A stretch of 64,000 nucleotides of DNA from Octopus vulgaris (Eukaryota). The stretch is from NCBI GenBank assembly GCA_951406725.2, contig OX597838.1:44020001-44084000 (forward strand), written 5' to 3'. Positions 13,940-27,766 of this stretch are shown here, in pieces; the stretch's first letter is position 1; each line of letters begins with the position of its first letter. Made by a program: the position numbers and the translations under genes. The notes beneath the pieces are model-generated. The model was given only the letters and a program-made list of their open reading frames with translations, had not been told where the DNA came from and ran no database searches.

Positions 13940-14777
13940 TATTGGGTTGTCAGGTAAATGCATTGGTTTTTGTTTTCCATTTATTTTAATCCTTATTTTT
14001 TCATATAAAAAAAACAAAACAAATTTAACAAGCCAGTTAATAATATACTCTTCTTCATTGTTCATGACATTTACTCGAAGTTCCACTCGCTTGTCAATTA
14101 CCAGACAGTAGAAATGACCCAGTCTTCACCCGAAGAATACATCAGTTCACGTTTTCAGCTCTACATTTTTGTTGAACGAAATGTTTCACAGTTGGAGAGC
14201 GATCGATAAAGATAATAATCTAAAGTTGAGTGTATTGCTGTGTTGAAGAAGTGCACAAAATATTTGGACCGAGATTCGGGACCTTACACATCGAGTGAAC
14301 GTGACAAGTCACGATATCATGAGCACATTACACCTGCTGGGCCAATTTCCTAGTTGATTGGCGCGAATCCTCGTGAAGGGCTCATTCAATCGTTCCTCAT
14401 TGAAGTGAACAACTTGACCGGGGCGCAGAGTCTTTGGATTCAAATTTCTGCTGCTTGAAGAGTGAAAACTATTTCTGTGCAGTTGTTTCAGTAGTTATGT
14501 CTTATGTATGCTCATCACAAATGTCTCAAAACGGCTTTGACATCTTTGGAAACTTGATTGAAAGCAAAGAGAATCAGGTGTCAAAAATGCTGATTGCTTC
14601 CTAATATTACTCCATTGTCAAATATCTGAAAATTAGTAAATTGATTCAAATTTCAAACATCGATAAACAAAAGTTGTAGAGAAAGAACTGAGTTACAAAA
14701 TTTCCATAAAATAATATGATAAAAATATTTTCAAAATCATTCGATAAAAGTAGACGAGTTTATCTGACAAACCAATA
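13940..14777 (-). mobile_element. Internally deleted, decayed mariner element
   Basis: TIR pair TATTGGGTTGTCAGGTAAA / TTTATCTGACAAACCAATA with TA ends; degenerate transposase-like interior. Confidence 0.6.
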
Positions 14778-15059
14778 TTTATACCAACGCTAAAACGCTA
14801 TGAAACCCACAGGGAAACATCAGATTATTTTCCATTTTATTCATCTTTATTTAAGTGTGGATTGAAATATATTTAGTTGCTATTTCCTGCTCGGTAAACG
14901 TTTACATTTAGGCTTCTTCGTAGAATAAAGGGAAGTGGAAGTTATTGGAAGTAGTCCAATAACGGAGCTCTGAACTATTGCTTTTAATAATTCTTAATTA
15001 TTCCAAAATTATGTCCATTTATACAATAACTAATTAGGTAAAATAAAAATGGCAAAGAG

Positions 15060-15365
15060 CCCCTTCGTTAATGAAAGACCACGGGATTGTGCCTAGAAAG
15101 TTGTCCTCTGAGACTTGGAAAATTCGTTTATGTTTACCAGCTTTGGCCCTCCACGCAACCGGTGTCATCCAACGGGATGGCATAAGCAAAGGCCGATACA
15201 GCTTGGTACCAATGACGTCACAACTCGTTTCTACAGCAGAGTGAACTGGAGCAACGTGAAGTAAAGTGTCTTTCTCAAGAATACAACACAGTCCAACCCG
15301 GTAATCGAAATCACTACCTCATGATTGTGATCCCGATGCTCTAACCACTGAGGCATGGCCCTTCA
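15060..15365 (-). mobile_element. Degenerate tRNA-derived SINE (second family)
   Basis: Minus strand CTCAGTGGTTAGAGCATCGG...GATTTCGATTACCGGG...GACACTTTACTTCACGTTGCTCCAGTTCAC. Confidence 0.65.
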
Positions 15366-15519
15366 CGACTAACTTGGTAATATACAATATTTTCTCAAAA
15401 CAATTTCTGGTTAACAGAACCACAAGGTTTACATTGAGTGGGAGAAATGTAACACGATTACAATAAAGTTTTACGTTAAAAGTATGCAACAGCGAAATAG
15501 GAATTAGTCATAAGGATTC

Positions 15520-15905
<386 letters not shown>

Positions 15906-16102
15906 GGACGTGCTGTCACTTCGGCTCCGAAGGTAATCGTTTATTTTAAGTATTTATAGCCCATATTTTGAGTACATTTTTGCAAATAAGGTGTGTAAGG
16001 TACCCAACTTTCGTTTGAGTGCTTTTCCAAGGGAGGAATTCGCCCCTAGGGGCAGTTTCAACCCTATTTAATTTTTGTAATTTCTTTCTCGACATTTTGA
16101 AA

Positions 16103-18317
16103 ATGTCGAGAAATTGTATTGTAGAACGATTGTCGCGTTCCTTTATCGACCAGCTTTCTCCTAGTCTGGAAACGCTAGGAGAAAAAAAGAATTTATGCGC
16201 GCAAAGTAATATCACCAATGGCTTTGCAATGAACGCTGCAACCACTTGTAGTATCAGCCCTGTCACCAACACCACCACTAGCAAGAACAACAAAGAGACT
16301 ACTACTGTTACCACCACCGCCTTCACCACCACCACCACCGCCGCCACCTCATCCACTACCTCAACTACCAACAACAACAACAATAACAATGACAAAAAAA
16401 ATAAAAATTGCACCACCATTTCGACATCTGCTGCCACAGCTGTCTCTTTTGCCACTGACACCACCACCACCAACAAAAAAAACAATAACAACAACAACAA
16501 TTCCGTTCAGACCTGTTTTACTCCAACAACAAGAACTGAAGGGAATAAACAAAAGACTGTGACCACCAAACAAATTGACAAAAGCTGCTTGAATACAGGG
16601 ATAAACTATGCAAGTAATTTTCCACCCCTTCCTACTTGCACAATCAAACCAAATACACCGATTTTACCAACTGCAGCCAACAACAACATCACCACCAGCA
16701 ACAACAATAACAAAACGACAACAAATTTCGACGAGGCGATAAAAGAAAATAAGACAACAGTATATTTTACTGCACAACAAATAAAAGACACGAACATTTC
16801 AATAACGGAAGTAGATGGTATAGTAAAAATAAACATACCACAAAAAATATTAGAAGATGAAAAAAAAGAACAATTATTTATAAAATAATTAATAAGAAAA
16901 CAAAAAGTCCAGAGAAGGCTAACACAAGCAAAATAGAAAAATGCTTGAAACCCATCTGGAACTACAAAGAGTATGTGACCTGGTGGAACAAGTTTGCACA
17001 CATACAAATGGTCTTCCACACTGAAGAGTTAGCAAGACGTTTCTAAAACGCTAACTCTTCATTCAGATGAACTTCAACTAACACCAAGCTATCGTGGACA
17101 GAAAGTGACTAAGATCACTTTAAACAATGTCCCAAAAATAGCTAACAATCTATGGCTAGTAAAGGCCTTATGTGTGAAAATGGAAGTTTTCACAATTTTA
17201 CAAACCACGGTCACGGAGCATAAAAACTGGGTGGGATCAAAAGTAGAATTTCTACTACATATAAACCTAGAAGACATAAAGAAAATACCCACCCAGATAT
17301 GTGTATCAGACGACCACAAGTTGTATGTGGTCGTCGATGGCAGAAGACCACGTTGCTACATATGCGGCAGTGAGCAACACCTCAAAAAAGATTGCAAATC
17401 TGCCGCAAGAAAACAACAGCAACAACAACAGCAGCCGGTAAAAACAAATAAACCAGCTTTACTACCCACACCACGTTTTGCACGAACAGGGCTAATCACA
17501 GAAAATCAACAAAAAACAAACCTCACCAACCAAACAACCACACCAACTGCACCAAGAACAGAAGCAACACCACCAACAACAACAACCAAGAATAAACCAA
17601 CTCTCAAACCAAGGACATCTGCCAAAAAGACACTCATCGAAAATGAACAATTACTACTCCAAATCCCCACAAAATTGACACCCCAAACAACACAACAATA
17701 CCTACAATCACTCAAACACAAAATACCCACACCTCACCTCCAAAACCGCATACACCACAACCTAACGCTCACCAACCAGCACCAACAACAAAATCAACAC
17801 AGTCTACAATAGACCCCAATATTTTCCCTCTTCCAAGCTCTGATTCTTCTGATTTGTCATTAGACGAAGAAGACACAGAAGATTGGCAAATAGCCACAGG
17901 GGGAGAAGAAAAAGGGGAAAAAAAGAAAAGAAAAGATAACAAACAAAGCAGGAAGATTCACCACTCCCGAAACAAAAACATCCACAGAAAACAAACACAT
18001 CAACACAAACACACCATCATCAAGCCCCCCCAACAATGTTGACAGCCATAAACACAAACAACCACGACCTAATGGAACACATTAGGTCAAACACCAACAT
18101 AACTGAAAACGACATAAAAACAAGTAACCACCCACGCACAACACCACCACAACACATTAAAATAATACACGTAACACAGAACACATACAGCACCCTGAAA
18201 TCTCTTTACCCTGATGCAGTAGGGAAATTTCAAAAGTATTCATCAAAGAAACTATACAAAACCCTCATAGAAGAAGACTGTGAGGTGAAAAACAAAGGAC
18301 TTTCGAACAACAAGTAA
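16103..18317 (+). pseudogene. E1 ORF1 (gag-like, Thr/Asn-rich N-terminus, CCHC knuckle), frameshifted
   Basis: MSRN start shared by all full-length copies; CYICGSEQHLKKDC; split over several ORF fragments. Confidence 0.85.
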
Positions 18318-18385
18318 CCTTTTCTCTCTCTCTTTCCTTTTTTGCACTTTCTTTTCGTGTGTAAAACACAATTTTTTATCGGAAC

Positions 18386-21300
18386 ATGCTCAGAATAGGC
18401 AGTATAAATGTACGTGGCTTGGGGTCGCCTTGGAAACAAGGCTACCTGTTAAATGACATCAAGTCACTAAATCTGAATATCATAGCCATCAGTGAGACCA
18501 GACTCCACAGCTTGCGGGCACTCCAGCACAGTTTCGTTACACATTTCAACATTTATTTTTCTCCGTGTCTACCGAGAATGGGCGGAGGTGGCACCGCGGT
18601 GCTTCTCCGGAAGAGTCTGGATCTCAAAGTAAGAGCAATTTTCCTAGACCCGGAGGGTAGGCTGGTCGTTTTGGATGTCGATGGCAGCAATGAGTGTGCT
18701 TTTCGACTGATAGCAGTTTATGCTCCGTCCTTAACAGGCCGACCAGATTTCTTTCGACGTCTAGAGTCTTTCATGGGAACGTCTCGTCCTTTACTTTTAG
18801 TGGGGGATTGGAATGCCACCCTGGACACGCATCTAGACTACGTGGGCAGAGATAGCAATAGAAGGGGATGCAAATGCCTCAAAGACCTTCTCAGACGTTT
18901 CCAACTGTCTGACAGGTACCGACTGGACCACCCGAATGTGCCAATGTGGACATGGAGTAACCGCATCGGGTCGTCCAGATCATACTTAGAGTAGTTTGTA
19001 GGACAATAAATAAAAATAGTGTAGGTTGTCCACAATTTCATATAGTCAGATACACAGATCACAAGTTTGTGACTTGTACACTTGACTTAGATAAGACACA
19101 TAGGCAGGGTCCTGGTTACTGGAAACTGAACGCGTCTTTTACAGCACGACAGGTTTACAGGGACCGGATCAGCACATTAGTTAAGAGAGCTTTGACGGGT
19201 ACCATCATCAACAACAGATGGTGGTATGCCCTAAAAAAAGCAATTAAAGCAGAATCAGTCAGATACAGTAAAGCCCTAGCATTAGACCAAAATAGAATAG
19301 AGGGGGAATTAGTTAAGATTTTAGAAGAGGCACTTAGAACTGGCATCGCGTCCAACGTGCTGGCGGCGAGATTGGCCCTCGACCAACACCTCAACGCCAA
19401 ACACGAGAGATGCGTTGTCAGAGCTAGGATGCGAGCTCTGAGGAACGAAGGAGTTGGAGCCGCCCAAGAGGCCCGAGTGGTGGAGACGCAACGAGGCAAC
19501 AGAGCCACCATCAAGTCTCTTATAAATGAACAGGGGCGCGAATTGCTCGAGCCTAAAAGGATGTGTGGGGCTTTTCAACAACACTTCACCCAACTGTTTG
19601 GGACAAGTGGTGGGTAAGAACGCAGAGTGGACTTTAGTGCCTACCTGCATGCCTTGCCACGACTCTCAGCAAGAGAGGTGTAGTCTTGTGAAAGGCCTAT
19701 CACAGCTGCGGACGTACAGGATGCGATGGTAGGCTGCGCGAGAGACAAGTCACCAGGCTTGGATGGTCTGCCCTACGAACTTATTTTCATATGCCAGACT
19801 TGTTTGGAGGCGTCTTGGCAGCTGTCTACTGCAACTGGCAGCAGAACGGGAGTATTCCTGCTTTTGTAAAGCGAGGAGCAGTGGCACTGATTAAGAAAGA
19901 CCCAAACAAGGGGGACGTCATAGATAATTTCAGGCCCATCACTCTGCTCAATGCAGATTTGAAAATTTTGGCCAAGGTGTTAGCCGAGAGGTTGGCGCTT
20001 GTCATCGAGAAACTAATCGACAAGGCGCAAACATGCGCCGTGCCGGGTAGAAGTATTCATGACAACCTCCATCTGATGCGCTACATCATAGATAGGGTAG
20101 TTAAGAATCCTGGCATGGGTTGGGCGCTGATCAATTTGGATCAATCAAAAGCATTCGATAGGGTAGACCATCACTACTTGGAGGCTGTCCTTAAAGCGGC
20201 TGATTTCGGTCCAGTTTTCCGAGGTTGGATCGCTGCCTTATACAGCGGCATCCGCTCAGTAGTTCGCGTAAAAGGTCATCTATCCAGACCTTTTAACATC
20301 ATGCGTTCGGTTCGTCAGGGATGCCCCCTCTCATCGCTGCTGTATGTATTGACTCTTGAGCCACTACTGCGGAAACTGGCGACGCTGAGGGGCATTCCAC
20401 GAGAGCTGGGATGCGGGAGGAGCGTGTCTGCATACGCGGATGACGTCACCGTCATAGTGTCGAGTTACGAGCACATCGAGCTGGTCGGCGAGACACTAAA
20501 AGAATACGAAGCGGTAACGGGAGCAAAAATTAACCGGAAAGTGGGCTTCCGGCTCGGCACCTGGAGAAGCAGGCCCATGCCGTCCAACAGCGTCTCCATC
20601 GTGGGACGCTGGACGGACGGACCGGTTAAATTGCTCGGGGTCTGGTTCGGTCCGGACCTCCAAATGGAGAAGAACTGGGGCGAGATAACGACTAGGGTGG
20701 CTACTCTCACCCAGAAATGAGCTGGAACGAAAGCTATCCCTAAAAGGTCGGGCGGAGGTGGCGAACGCGTACATCGCAACCGTCATCGAGTATCGTCTGA
20801 CCGTCGTGCCTTGTCCCGACCCTACCATCACCAAACTAGAACGTATACTCTTCCGCTTCTTGTGGAAGGGAAACGTTCCGATGGTTAGGCGATCCATTTG
20901 CTGTCAACACCCGCTAAATGGAGGGCTGGGCATGCCGTGGTTGATGATGCGCAGACATGCGCTGAGACTGCGACATCTCCGGCGCTTCATAGACAACGGT
21001 GAACAGGTGTGGTCGCCTTTTGTGCGGCGCGCTTTCCCGCAGCTCGTCTCCTTGGGCGAACTACAGTCATGGATCAAGCAGAGACCGAGGCTAGGCGAAT
21101 GGCACCGCGAGTGTCGCGTTGCTCTCAAGCAACTCTGCCGTCCGGGATCGAACTTGTGCGACTCCATCACAACAAAGGCATTCTATAGAGGATTAGTGGA
21201 GGGGAGGTGCGACGACGAACTCGGGCAGAGTCTGGGCGTCGACGAGGAACACCTGACCCGCCTGTTCAGGACAACTTTCGGGCCGGGACCTATGAACAAT

Positions 21301-21813
21301 CACCAAAGATCCCTGGCCTGGCAGTGCTATCGAGAAGCATTACCTGTTCGGGATAAGCTCTACAGACACGGTTCCAGACACACTGGACCGACTTGCCCGA
21401 GATGCGGTCAGAGCGACGAAACCGTTCTGCACGCACTCGTGCAATGTCCAACCATTTCAGACCTGTGGGCTTATGCCGAACGGCTGCTGTCACGTGTGGG
21501 ACGAATCCGCCTATCGGCCGAGTCTATCGTGAGAATTGCTCCGCCCCCTTCCCTCAACCAGGAAGGGAAGGCAGTTTTCATCGTACTGGTGGCCATGGTG
21601 AAAGAATGTGTGTGGTAGACCCGAGCGAAAGGATTAGAGACAAACACTTACCTCTCTGGCCAATCGCTCATCAACTTTTTCAAGTACCACTTGAAAAGGA
21701 AGGTGAGAATGGAGAGGGAAGTTTTGTCTCGCGAAAGATTCAAAAAAAGATGGGTGAATGTTGCAAAGATGGTGCGTGCGAGTGACGAAACCATTTTGAG
21801 CATGATCCTGTAG
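18386..21813 (+). pseudogene. E1 ORF2 (APE endonuclease, reverse transcriptase, CCHC), disrupted
   Basis: GSINVRG, ISET, VYAP, GDWN, TDH (APE); [36 protein letters not shown] (RT); CPRC..H..C; several in-frame stops. Confidence 0.95.
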
Positions 21814-22536
21814 ATCGTAAAAAAGAAAGAAAGAGAGCATTCTGATCTGATGTGGTTATTTCCTCCCTGACTGAGGTTCCCGTGGTCTTTTCTGTAGGCT
21901 TTTCTTTCCACGGATGAACCCAATCTTGTTTTATCAATGTTTTTATCATTATTTCTGTGATACACGATTTCTTTTCTTTTTTTCCTCCTCTCGATCCCTT
22001 TTGATCGCAATCTTACATTAATTGTCTTTTTTTCCACCCTCGAAAAGAAAAGCTCTGCATTTGTATTTGTCCCCTCTGTATTCAGCCCTGTGTGGCTAAT
22101 AAAAGAAAGTTATCTGTCTATCTATCTATCTCGATCGATAGTGTTCATTGTTGGATCGGCTCGTAGGTCAATCGCCTTTTTGTATTGTTTTTTAAAAAAG
22201 TTTCGTTTCAATTTTCGCGCACGGAGTGTGTAAGACACCCAGCTTTCGCCTGGGTATGTTTTCCGGAGGGGATTTTGCCCCTAGGGGCAATTTCAGCCTT
22301 GATTAGATATCAAAATTTTTGCTTCCATAGCTTGTTTTCATGTAATGTCGCCGAAGCGTTCCTCATAACGCACAGACGCTGTTCTCTCTCTCTCTGTTGC
22401 ATCCATTTGTTTACGTCTTACATTTTCGGAGTTTTTCAACTTTTCAAACGCCCAACTTTCGTTTGAGTGTTTTTTAAATGTAGGATTCGCCCCCAGGGGC
22501 ATTTCCATTAATTGATTTTTTATTTCTTGATAAAAA

Positions 22537-24481
22537 ATGTCGAGAAATTTTATCGTAGAACAGTATTCTGCGATTTTTTCCAAGGAAGATTTTCCTGCTT
22601 TGGAAAAGACAGTCAACAACGACGCTGACACAAAGGAAGATAAGACTGAAATCAACACCACCACCACCACCACCACCACCAAAACTACCACATCTGATAG
22701 AACTAACACTGACACAACAACCGTTAACAACAACAACAGCAAGAATAACAACAACAAACATGAAGTAAATATAAACGACCACGATGTTTCGCAAGATTTG
22801 ATTATCTCACCTGTTAATGGTGAAGATAATATTAACATGACAAAAGTAAAAGTACCTGAAATAGCTACAAACACTACAACAACCAACAATAATTCTGATA
22901 CAACAACAACAACAACACACAACGATAACAACTGCCAGAAGAGAACTGTGAATTTCACTGACACCCTGCGACAAAAAAGGGAAATTATACAGTTCATAAA
23001 TGGAGAGTTGGTGGAGACAAGATCACTCTTCACATCTTCAGGGCAAAATTTAATTCTACACACACCACAACATATTAAAGAAGAAGTAGAAAAACGAACA
23101 ATTCTATATAGAATTATTAGAAAAAAAACCCCCAAATGAACAAATAACAAAAACAGACGTAGAAAAATGTGCAAAAAACGTCATGAAAACAAAAGAATAC
23201 ATAAACTGGGGTCCCCAGTTTAATATAGTGGTGGTCCGCTTCCCTAACCAGGAAGTGGCAAAAGCTCACTCTACGGAGACTTTGCAAAATGAAGAACTCA
23301 TCATGATACCATATTACAAAGGATAAAGAGTGAGCAAAATTAGAATAAAAAATGTCCCGCCAGAAATACACACCCAAATGGATAACATCGGTGATGTGTT
23401 ATCATTTGAAATCGATAAACATATTGGAAATCGCCGTGTTTAAAAATGATAATTGGAGTGGTAAATCAATAGAAGTGACCCTTCAAATCGATGGGTCTTC
23501 TATCGAGAACTTACATAATATCATATATTTGGAAAATGGGCAAAGCCTGTATGTGGTAGCAGAAAGTAAAAAACTACAATGCTACAGCTGTGGCAGCCCA
23601 GATCACTTAATTGCAAAGTGCGTTCTGGGACAGAAAAAACAAGAAAAAACAAATCAGAAAACAAATAAAAAACCTCTGCTACCAACCCCACCAAACCCAC
23701 AACTGATACAAGAATTATATAAAAATATGGAACAACGCCAAGAACAACAACAAATTAGCAAACAAACCCCAACAACATCAGCAAGAAAAGAAACAGCACC
23801 AACACAATTACCGCTGACGTCGCAACCAAATAAAGAAGCAAAACCACAACCAACATCAAAAGACAGACCAACAGCAGCACCAAGGACGACAACTAAGAAA
23901 ACAGATAACAGTGACGAGAAGACAAATTCTACCCCTAATACCACAACAACACAAACGCAGCACAAAACATCAACAATTTCTACAAGCATACATATTAACG
24001 CAAATGCTTTGCCTTTACCCCCTTCTGATTCGTCGGACGACGAAAGTTCGACGGAATGGCAAATAGATACAGGGGGTAAAAGGAAAAGATAAAAAAGCCC
24101 ACCGAACAAGTAAGTAAAGCAGGGAGATATTTAACTCCTGACAGCCCCACCTTAGACAATCAAAGCATCAATGACCCCGCAAAACCACACACATATCTAA
24201 CAGCAATAGACACGGGCAATATAAAACTAATGGAATACATTGCATCCAACACGAACATCTGTGAAGATGACTTTAAAGTAAATAATCATCCACGCTCAAC
24301 ACCACCGAAACACATAAGAATTGTACACATAACACAAACACAGCACCACACACTGAAAACCATATTTCCAAATGCGGTAGAGGGGTTTCAAAAGTACTTG
24401 TCGAAAAAACTTTACAAACACCTCCTCAAAGACATTTCAAAAGAAGAAGAAAAAAATGAAACTTTCGAAATGAGTAAGTGA
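22537..24481 (+). pseudogene. E2 ORF1, disrupted
   Basis: MSRNFIVE start; CYSCGSPDHLIAKC knuckle; C-terminal HPR.TPPKHI domain shared with E1. Confidence 0.85.
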
Positions 24482-24547
24482 CCTTCCCTCTTGCCTCTTG
24501 TCTCTTTCAATGTAGTGTGTGAAACACAAATTTCTTAAACATCAATT

Positions 24548-27500
24548 ATGCTTAAATTAGGTTGTGTGAATGTGCGTGGCTTGGCGTCGGCTTGGAAGCA
24601 AGGTTACCTTCTAAACGACATCAAGTCACTGAACGTGGATATAGTAGCTATCGGTGAAATCAGACTCATCAAGCCGCGGGCCCCTCGTCCATTTTTGGCG
24701 GTCAATTCGACATTTATTTTTCTCCCTGTCTGACGAGCAGGGGTGGTGGGGCTACCGCGGTGCTTTTTCGAAAGAGTCTAAATGTAAAAGTAAGAACAAT
24801 ATTCCTAGACCCGGAGGGTAGGCTGGTTGTCTTGGACGTGGATGGCAGAAATGGGTGTGCATTCCGTCTGATGGCAGATTATGCACCGTCCTTAACGGGT
24901 CGGGCGGATTTCTTCAGACGTCTAGAGGTTTTCCTGGGTACGTATAGACCTTTACTGTTAGTAGGGGATTGGAACGCTACCTTGGACACGTATCTGGACT
25001 ATGTGGGAATGGATAGGAATAGAAGGAGGTGTAAGTACCTCAAAGACCTGCTCAGACGTTTCCATTTGTCTGACAGGTTCCGACTTGACCATCCGAATGT
25101 GCCAACGTGGACTTGGACAAACCGCGACGGATCGTCGAGATCTTATCGAAATAGAATTCTATGCAGGACAGAGGATAGGGATAGCGTAGGATGTCCACAA
25201 TTTAAAATAGTCAGCTACACAGATCACAAATTTGTGACGTGTACGCTCGACTTAGATATGGCACATAGACAGGGTCCCGGTTACTGGAAACTGAACACGT
25301 CGCTCTTAGCGCGATAGGTTTACAGGAACCGGATTAGCGAGTTAATGAAGAGCGCGCTGACGGGAGCCGTCGTTAACAACCGCTGGTGGTTCGCCCTGAA
25401 AATGGCAATAAAATCGGAATCAATTAAGTTTAGCAAGGAATTAGCGATAGATCGAAATAGAGTAGAGGGAGACCTGATAAAGAAACTAGAAGAGGCACTT
25501 ACCACTTGCAGCGAAACCAACTTGCTGGCTGCGAGGATGACCTCAACGCCAAACACGAAGATTGCGTTGTCAGAGCTAAAATGCGTGCCTTAAGGAACGA
25601 AGGGATCGAAGCTGCGCGAGAGGCCCGGGTAGCGGAGGCGCAACGTGGCAACAGAGCCACCATTCGGTCTCTAATAGATCAACAGGGATGCAGTTTACCC
25701 GAACCCGAAAGGATGTGTGTGGCCTTTCAACAGCACTTTGCTTGACTGTTTGGTGCGAGTGGTGGATCGGAACGAGGGATGGATTTCAGTGCCTACCTGA
25801 CCGACCTGCCGCGGCACTCGGCAAGAGAAGCGGAGTGTTGTGAAAGTTCCATCACAGCCGCCGACGTGCGGGATGCGATGGCGGGATGCGCAAGGGATAA
25901 CTCGCCTGGATTGGATGGTCTACTCTACGAGCTGTATTGTCAAATGCCAGACTTGTTTGGCGACCTCTTGGCATCAGTCTACTGCAACTGGCAACAAAAC
26001 GGGAGAATCCCCGGTTTCGTGAGCCGAGGTGCAGTGACGTTGCTGACGAAAGACCCAAACAAGGGAAAGTTTATAGATAATTTCAGGCCCATCACTCTGC
26101 TCAACGCAGATTTGAAAATTTTGGCCAAAGTAACAGCCGAGAGGTTGGCGCTTTTCATTGGTAAACTGGTTGACAGGGCGCAAACAGGCGCCATGCCGGG
26201 CAGAACCATACATGACAACCTCCATCTGATGCGCTACATTGTGGACAGGGTAGTTAAGGATCCTGGCATGGGTGGGGCGCTGATCAATTTGGATCAGTCT
26301 AAAGCCTTCGATAGGGTAGACCATCGGTACTTGGCGGCCGTCCTCAGGGCGGTTGGCTTCGGACCCGTCTTCCGCGGTTGGATTGCTGCCTCGTATAGCG
26401 GCATCCGATCGGTAATTCGGGTGAACGGTCACCTGTCGAAACCGTTTGACATTACGCGTTCGGTCAGTCAGGGGTGTCCCCTGTCGGCGCTTCTGTATGT
26501 ATTGACTCTCGAGCCGCTACTGCGGAAGCTGGCGATACTGAGGGGCATCTCACGGGAACTGGGTTAAGGGACCAGCGTGTCGGCATATGCGGACGATGTC
26601 ACCGTCATAGTGTCGAGCGACAAACACATTCAGATGATAGGCGAGACACTAAAAGAATACGAAATGGTGACGGGAGCGAAAATTAACCCGGAAAAGTCAG
26701 TGAGTTTGCTACTCGGCACCTGGAGAACCAAGCCCATACCGTCCGACTGCGGCTCAGTAGTGGGACGCTGGACGGACGGACCATTTAAATTGCTCGGGGT
26801 CAAGTTTAGTCCAGACCTCCAAATGGATAAGAACTCGGACGAGATCACGAGTAGAGTGGTCGCTCTCAGCCAAACATGGGCCGAGAGAAAGCTATCTCTA
26901 AAAGGTCGGGCGGAGGTGGCGAACGCGTACATCGCATCTGTCATCGATTACCGCCTGACCGTCGTGCCTTGTCCCGACGCCACCATCACCAAACTGGAGC
27001 GCATGCTCTTCCGCTTCCTGTGGAAGGGTGGCGTTCCGATGGTGAGGAAATCCATTTGCTGTCAACATCCGTTGAATGGAGGACTGGGCATGCCGTGGTT
27101 GATGATGCGCAGGCATGCGCTGGGACTGCGACATCTCTGGAACTTCATCGATGACGGTGAACAGGTGTGGGCGCCGTTTGTGAGGGGCGCCTTCCCGCAG
27201 CTCGTCTCACCGACCGAACTGCAAACGTGGATCAAGAAGAGACCGAAACTGGGCGATTGGCACCGAGAGTGTCGCCAATCACTACAGCAGCTCTGCCGAC
27301 CGGAGCCAAACTTGTGCAACTTACAAACGACTAAAGCGTTCTATAGAGGACTAGTGGAGGGGAGGTCCGACGACACACTCGGGGCAAACCTGGGCGTCGA
27401 CTAGAAATTCCTAACCCGCCTGTTCAGGACGACGTTCGGGCCGGGGCCTATGGATAACTTCCAGAGATCCATGGCTTCGCAATGCTATCGAGACGCACTA

Positions 27501-27766
27501 CCTGTTCGAGAGAAGAGCAGCTACAGGCATGGTTCGAAAACCACACCGGACCGACCTGCCCGAGATGCGGTCAGAACGACGAAACCGTTCAAACAAACAT
27601 CTTCCTCTCTGGTCAGTCTCTCGTCAACTTTTTCAAGTACCACTTGAAAAGGAGGATGAGAATAGGGAGGAAGGCTTTGTCGAACGAATGTTTCAATAAA
27701 AAGTGGGTAAAAGTGGCAAAAATGGTCAGTATGAAAGACGACACCATTTTAAGCGTAAATCTGTAA
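24548..27766 (+). pseudogene. E2 ORF2 (APE-RT-CCHC), disrupted, with an internal deletion near 27590
   Basis: GCVNVRG, GDWN, TDH, QGCPLS and YADD motifs; multiple stops and frameshifts. Confidence 0.95.

Larger units (their letters stand above)
15906..22110 (+). mobile_element. Full-length L1/Tx1-clade non-LTR retrotransposon E1 (5' module A, body alpha)
   Basis: 5'UTR, ORF1, ORF2 and 3'UTR ending AGCCCTGTGTGGCTAATAAAAGAAAGT; flanked on both sides by TATC. Confidence 0.93.

Noticed and set aside
15906-16060. HDV-like ribozyme at the element 5' end
   Set aside because: Could not assign P1, P1.1, P2 or the catalytic J4/2 strand; reported only as an unassigned structured module
25315-27404. 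Idea that the shared UAG stops are repaired by A-to-I editing to Trp
   Set aside because: The homologous codons are CAG (Gln) and GAG (Glu), not TGG, and both copies have other disabling lesions
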